NCBI GenBank assembly: GCA_951406725.2
Contig: OX597815.1
Span: 87,482,001 to 87,546,000 of the forward strand
Length of the DNA stretch: 64,000 nt
Direction: 5' to 3'
From: Octopus vulgaris
Lineage: Eukaryota
Positions 59,226-64,000 of this stretch are shown here, in pieces. The position numbers and the translations under genes were made by a program. Position 1 is the first letter of the stretch, and every line of letters starts with the position of its first letter. The notes beneath the pieces are model-generated. The model was not told the origin of the DNA. It made no database searches and was given only the letters and a program-made list of their open reading frames with translations.

Positions 59226-62200
59226 TTTTCATTTATTTAATGTCATAGGCAACACTATTAAAATAATAATATTTAGTGGTTATAGCCATTGCACTGTGCT
59301 GTCAACAGCTATGGTTTGGAGAAGGTTAAGTTGCTGGCATTTTTTGTTATATATATTGTAGCCATTGCATTGTAGTGTCAGCACTTATCAAATGCAAAAG
59401 AGATAACTCATCAACAAAAGTTTATATTTGAAATAGTTAAATAAGTGTGACACAAGACAGACAACTGGAGAAGTGCCTGTTATGCAGAAACATGTTAGTA
59501 TGGTCAAAACAAACTTTCGTTGTCATAGCTTCACACTAAACACCATTTTTAGTTTCAGTATCTTGATTTATATATTAGATATAAATCTTTCATTTTGAAC
59601 ACAAACCTTCCTCGCTGTATTCTTGTCTGTTTGCATGTGTTGACCAAGTTTGTAACACTGAACACTTATAAGTGAGCATAAAGTAGACAATATATTCTTT
59701 TTATTTTTCTGTTATTTTTCCCTACTGAATATTATTGCTTCCTCCAAGTAATAAATCATGAAGTATAAGTGATTTGTAGTGGTAGTGTACCTTCCATTAG
59801 AAGAAATCTACTGAATTTCTGAAAAGTTGAATATGTAATCTATTAGTTATAAATCCAAACACAATATATTTTCATTAATTCATTTCTTGTACACCAAATC
59901 CTATCTTATTTAAAGCATTTTCTAAAATAATAGTTTGCCTCACAATATGGAAAATATTGACAGTTTCAAATAAGAAGCCTTTATATTCGAAATATTTAAA
60001 ATACAACAATGAGGTTTCAGCTTAATAAATTTGATATGATTAGAAAGGTTTCTTTACATAAATAACAAGACATACACAGTCACAAATTGGCTAGTTTTCA
60101 TTGGTGTGTATGCTAGATGATGACTAATAAATGGTACACACTTAGACCCAACCAAACCATGGTAACACAGAAAGCAAATAGATACAAAATGATTGGAAAC
60201 TCTGTAAAATGGTTGGTGTTAGGAAGAGCATCCAGCTGTAGAAACCATGCCAAATCAGACTGGAGTCAGGTGCAGCTTACCAGCTCAGGTCAAGCTAGCT
60301 GTCCAACCCATGCCAGCATGGACAACAGACATTAAATGATGATGATGATTGGGTTGCTCCAGCAATATAATCTTTTTTAATAGATACTTTCAACAACAGT
60401 TTTGGAAAACTACATTTAGAAACAACTTCATCTTAAATTTTGCCTGTTCTGGATTGATTTTGAATTTCATATCATATAATTTCCCCCTAAAAGTCTACAA
60501 AACTTAGAAAACTGGGGGGGGGTCTCCCCCCCCCCCCGTTATTGCAACCCTGCACAAACAAAACTATACCAATAGACAACTGACAAAGAAAAACAAAATT
60601 TATTAAAAAAAGTTTTTTAAGTCCATTTTATGTGTGAGGTGTACAGTTCGTGTTTACTATTCAATTTGATTTAAAGTCTTCAATCTCAAGACATTAACAT
60701 CACACCAGAGCAGTGATGCATAATTTTTGAAAGTATATATCTCTACCAGGGTCCTAATCTATAAAATTAGTGAATGAAAGGCAATTAGATTGTAACAAGG
60801 GAGCCTCTATATAGTTGCTCAGCTTGCTAGAAATGGTAGACAGATCTCCCTCAAAGCATGCTCATCTTAAAGAAAGGAAGGCCACATTAGATTATATAAT
60901 CCTACATATTCCAAAAAACAACTGGATGCTTACAACTTTAATGCCTTTAATCATTGGATTATTTGATTATCATTGGCCTGGGGCTAATCAACAACCTTGG
61001 CCCAAGAAATTGTCGAACTTTTAGCAAACCCGGCACAAAAATTCCATTAACTAGACAGATAGTATAGAAAGTAATAGAAAATCATGAGTAACCAAAGAGA
61101 CTGAATTGTAAGACAAAGGAAAACAGAATAGCAATATTTTAAAGATAACCAGTGCATGATAATGAGATTAATTCACCCACCAAGCAGTAGCCTGATTTTG
61201 ATTGCAGTAATTAATAAATCATGTGCAGACTGATATTTGTTCTTTTATATTTATGCTTAATAAAGAAGTGCATGCTAGTGTTACATAACCAACTTTAAAA
61301 GCAAAATGTTATGCAGAAATGAAACATTCAGACAGGACCAAAATAATAAATAGATCACTTATTACAGCAATAAGATGGATGTGATGAATGCTGTGGTAAC
61401 CTAACAAGAAATTAGATATATTGTGTTTGTGATTTAGCTTTCTTTTAATTCATTTAATTTCCCTGAGACTGTTGATGCTCTTGGGAAAGGCATGAACATC
61501 ACAATATACAGTTTCCTTTCTCTTAAAATATAGGACTTTGTGTAAAAAAAAGTGATATTTAATAATAGATGAACTTGGGTTCTAGACACTAAAGCACTGT
61601 TATGAAGTTTGTTTCATTTTGTAAGCATTTCTTTTATAGTAAAATATATTCAATATTTTATGTAAACATTCAAAAGAATCTATTCATGAACATATCCCAA
61701 GAACAAACTATAAATTTCCACAAATAAAGTGTTTTATAATAGTTATTTTAAGGAATTCAGAGTTACAAAGTTTATGATCATAGAAATTCGATGATTTGGG
61801 AACCAGCCTTTTGTAAGCAGTTTCAGTACAGCATTAAATTACCAGTGAGACATTGAACTATGAAAAACAAAACTGTATGTGTAGCTGTGGCTGTTACAAA
61901 TCCAGTTTTTTTGTATTAAAAATGATTATTTAAAAGCTGGGAAAATAAAATATCAAAATATAGTCACACACTACTGCTAGAAGATATTGTTTGTATCAAC
62001 TAAAAACACTATGTAGGACAATATTCCCTATATCTAAATAATAATCATACATTTGACACAGACTTTCTGGACTGCAGATAAAAGCCACCTACCATCTGAT
62101 TTTTAAATGTAAATGTCTCTTAAAAATTTTAAGTGATTACTTCTAGTTTCATGGTATTAAGCAGATGAGATAAATCTGTTCATTGATAGCATACTTGTCT

Positions 62201-63237
62201 GTCACAAGTAACCTTCTCAGATGATCTGGTATTTATTCTTAATTGCTAAGTAAATGGATTGGTTGCCACTTACCCACTCAATCATTTCACTTCTGTGTTA
62301 GGCAAATTTTCGCTTCACTCATCAGCATTTTCAACCCACTTACTCGCAGTGTCCTTTATGGAATTTGGATTCTACTACAGTGATTGTTGTTCCTATAGAC
62401 ATGCTGATTGTAACTACTTCAACCAAAATTTCCTCGTTATTACTTATCAAATGTAACAATATATATCCAGAAACATTGATCTTCAAGGATTCGGAAAGAA
62501 TTTATCTCAATTCAGATTTTACAATTTAAGTTTGTGAAAAGCTATCAAACCTCAAAAACAAAATAGAAACATTATACCCATCACTGTTCCCAGCAGTCTT
62601 TATTTACATAATTCAGGCAGTTACCTATACACTTTCCATAATGTACAAATGACTACAATAAACACACATTACTACAGAACATGACAATATGCAGAATACT
62701 TTGTATAGTACTGGCAAATACTAGTTGTTAAGATGTTACTTAGAATGTTTTGAAGGTCAAGTTTCACTTGTTTTTACAGTATTGAAGTTGTTCCCATAGA
62801 TACTACACTTAAGTTATTGTTGTTGTCCTATTTTTGCTTCTTTGATTTCTTTTATGAAACAAGTTTATTGCTGTTTCATTCAAAAATTTAGTAATTACAT
62901 CATTTTGAAAAATATTTATTTAAATTTGATCTTTGAATTCGTGTTACTATGGAGTAAATTTTAAAAAGCCATCATTTTTTTATTTACCTTTTAAGGTTAA
63001 TAAAATGTTTAACAGAAATAAGGTCACAAGAAAACAAAAGTTACTAGAAAAAAATTTTCACATTTCATTTCAATTCCATGAATAATTGTTGAAGTTATGA
63101 AACGAATAATATTTTAAATTGCTTATTAAGTGGCAATACAAGACTTGAATACATTGACAATGCTATATAATGGTATAACATGTGTGAAAAATATCATGTT
63201 TTATTTAATATCATAAAGGAAAGAAATAGACCATTTA

Positions 63238-63645
63238 CCCTTTAGCATTCCGATTATTCTGTCAATTGTGATGTTTATTCATTCATGTTGTTTCAAGATT
63301 TTGATGTGACTGTTTATGTTTAGAATGACATTGTAGGGCTGGTGTGAGAAGCCACATGGCCTACAATGTTCTGGTTTGAACATAAAACAGGTAGAATATT
63401 TGGGCCAGATGTGGCCAGTTTAACCCTTTTATTATTCAAACAGGCCATATCTGGCCCAAATGTTTGATCTGTTTTTCTGTTCAAACTGGTCTGATCTGGC
63501 CTCTCACACCTACTTTACAATGTCACTTTAAACATAAATAATCACATTATCAAAATCTCAAAGCTATGAGATAATGCATGATTAATTCAAAATAATGTGG
63601 ATAAATAAGCATTACAGTTGATGGATTAATCTGAATGCTAAAGGG
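63238..63645. mobile_element. Head-to-head pair of piggyBac-like MITEs joined at TTAA 63420-63423
   Basis: Outer ends CCCTTTAGCATTC and GAATGCTAAAGGG-TTAA; the left copy is the reverse complement of the right copy. Confidence 0.75.
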
Positions 63646-64000
63646 TTAAATACTGAAAGGTTTATTAAAGATATCGTTTTCTTGTAGATTTTTTTTTTTC
63701 TTTCCTTGTGATGCTTCTTTATCTGGATTCAATAAAATAAATGTCAGGAATCTATGTATTCAAATTCAAAAGCTTATATCTTTCTTTTAAAAATTGTCAT
63801 CTTGTTCCAATGAAGATATACTTTATCAAATTATTTAACCCTTCTGATACCAACCCACATAATATTGCTTCTGGTTCCCTAATACAATCTTCCTATTCTG
63901 AAGTGATATATAAGGTTGTCCCAAAAGTTCGTAGAAAGTCTTGGAAAATAATGGTCTTTATTTTGAGGAATAATTTTTGTTGTTTCTGTTAGTACTTGGC

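Noticed and set aside
60514-60552. G9-TCT-C12 palindrome
   Set aside because: Low-complexity tract next to a probable hAT-like end (CAGGGTTGCAA on the minus strand); no evidence of function.

Overview
This is AT-rich, repeat-dense animal genomic DNA. The repeat families look like those of a coleoid cephalopod (Octopus); that assignment is an inference from recognition. Bases 281-33929 on the minus strand carry a complete 11-exon gene for eukaryotic release factor 1 (eRF1/ETF1): 1329-nt CDS, 442 aa, all GT-AG introns, with intact GTS, NIKS, YxCxxxF and GGQ motifs. The rest is decayed RTE and other LINEs, tRNA-SINEs, piggyBac/hAT MITEs, a Helitron-like piece, Penelope-like fold-back fragments, and an ORF1-only (HAL1-like) retroelement inserted beside a degenerate hammerhead ribozyme. 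The most interesting signal is the 3' end of eRF1. A UGA-A stop is followed, after a 7-nt spacer, by a ~99-nt hairpin, a 51-codon open in-frame extension, and splice signals for a 3'UTR intron 76 nt past the stop. This matches the readthrough/NMD autoregulation architecture described for plant and Neurospora eRF1. Intron 1 also holds a candidate 27-nt in-frame cassette exon containing UGA. All regulatory claims are hypotheses from hand inspection; no folding, search or expression data were available.
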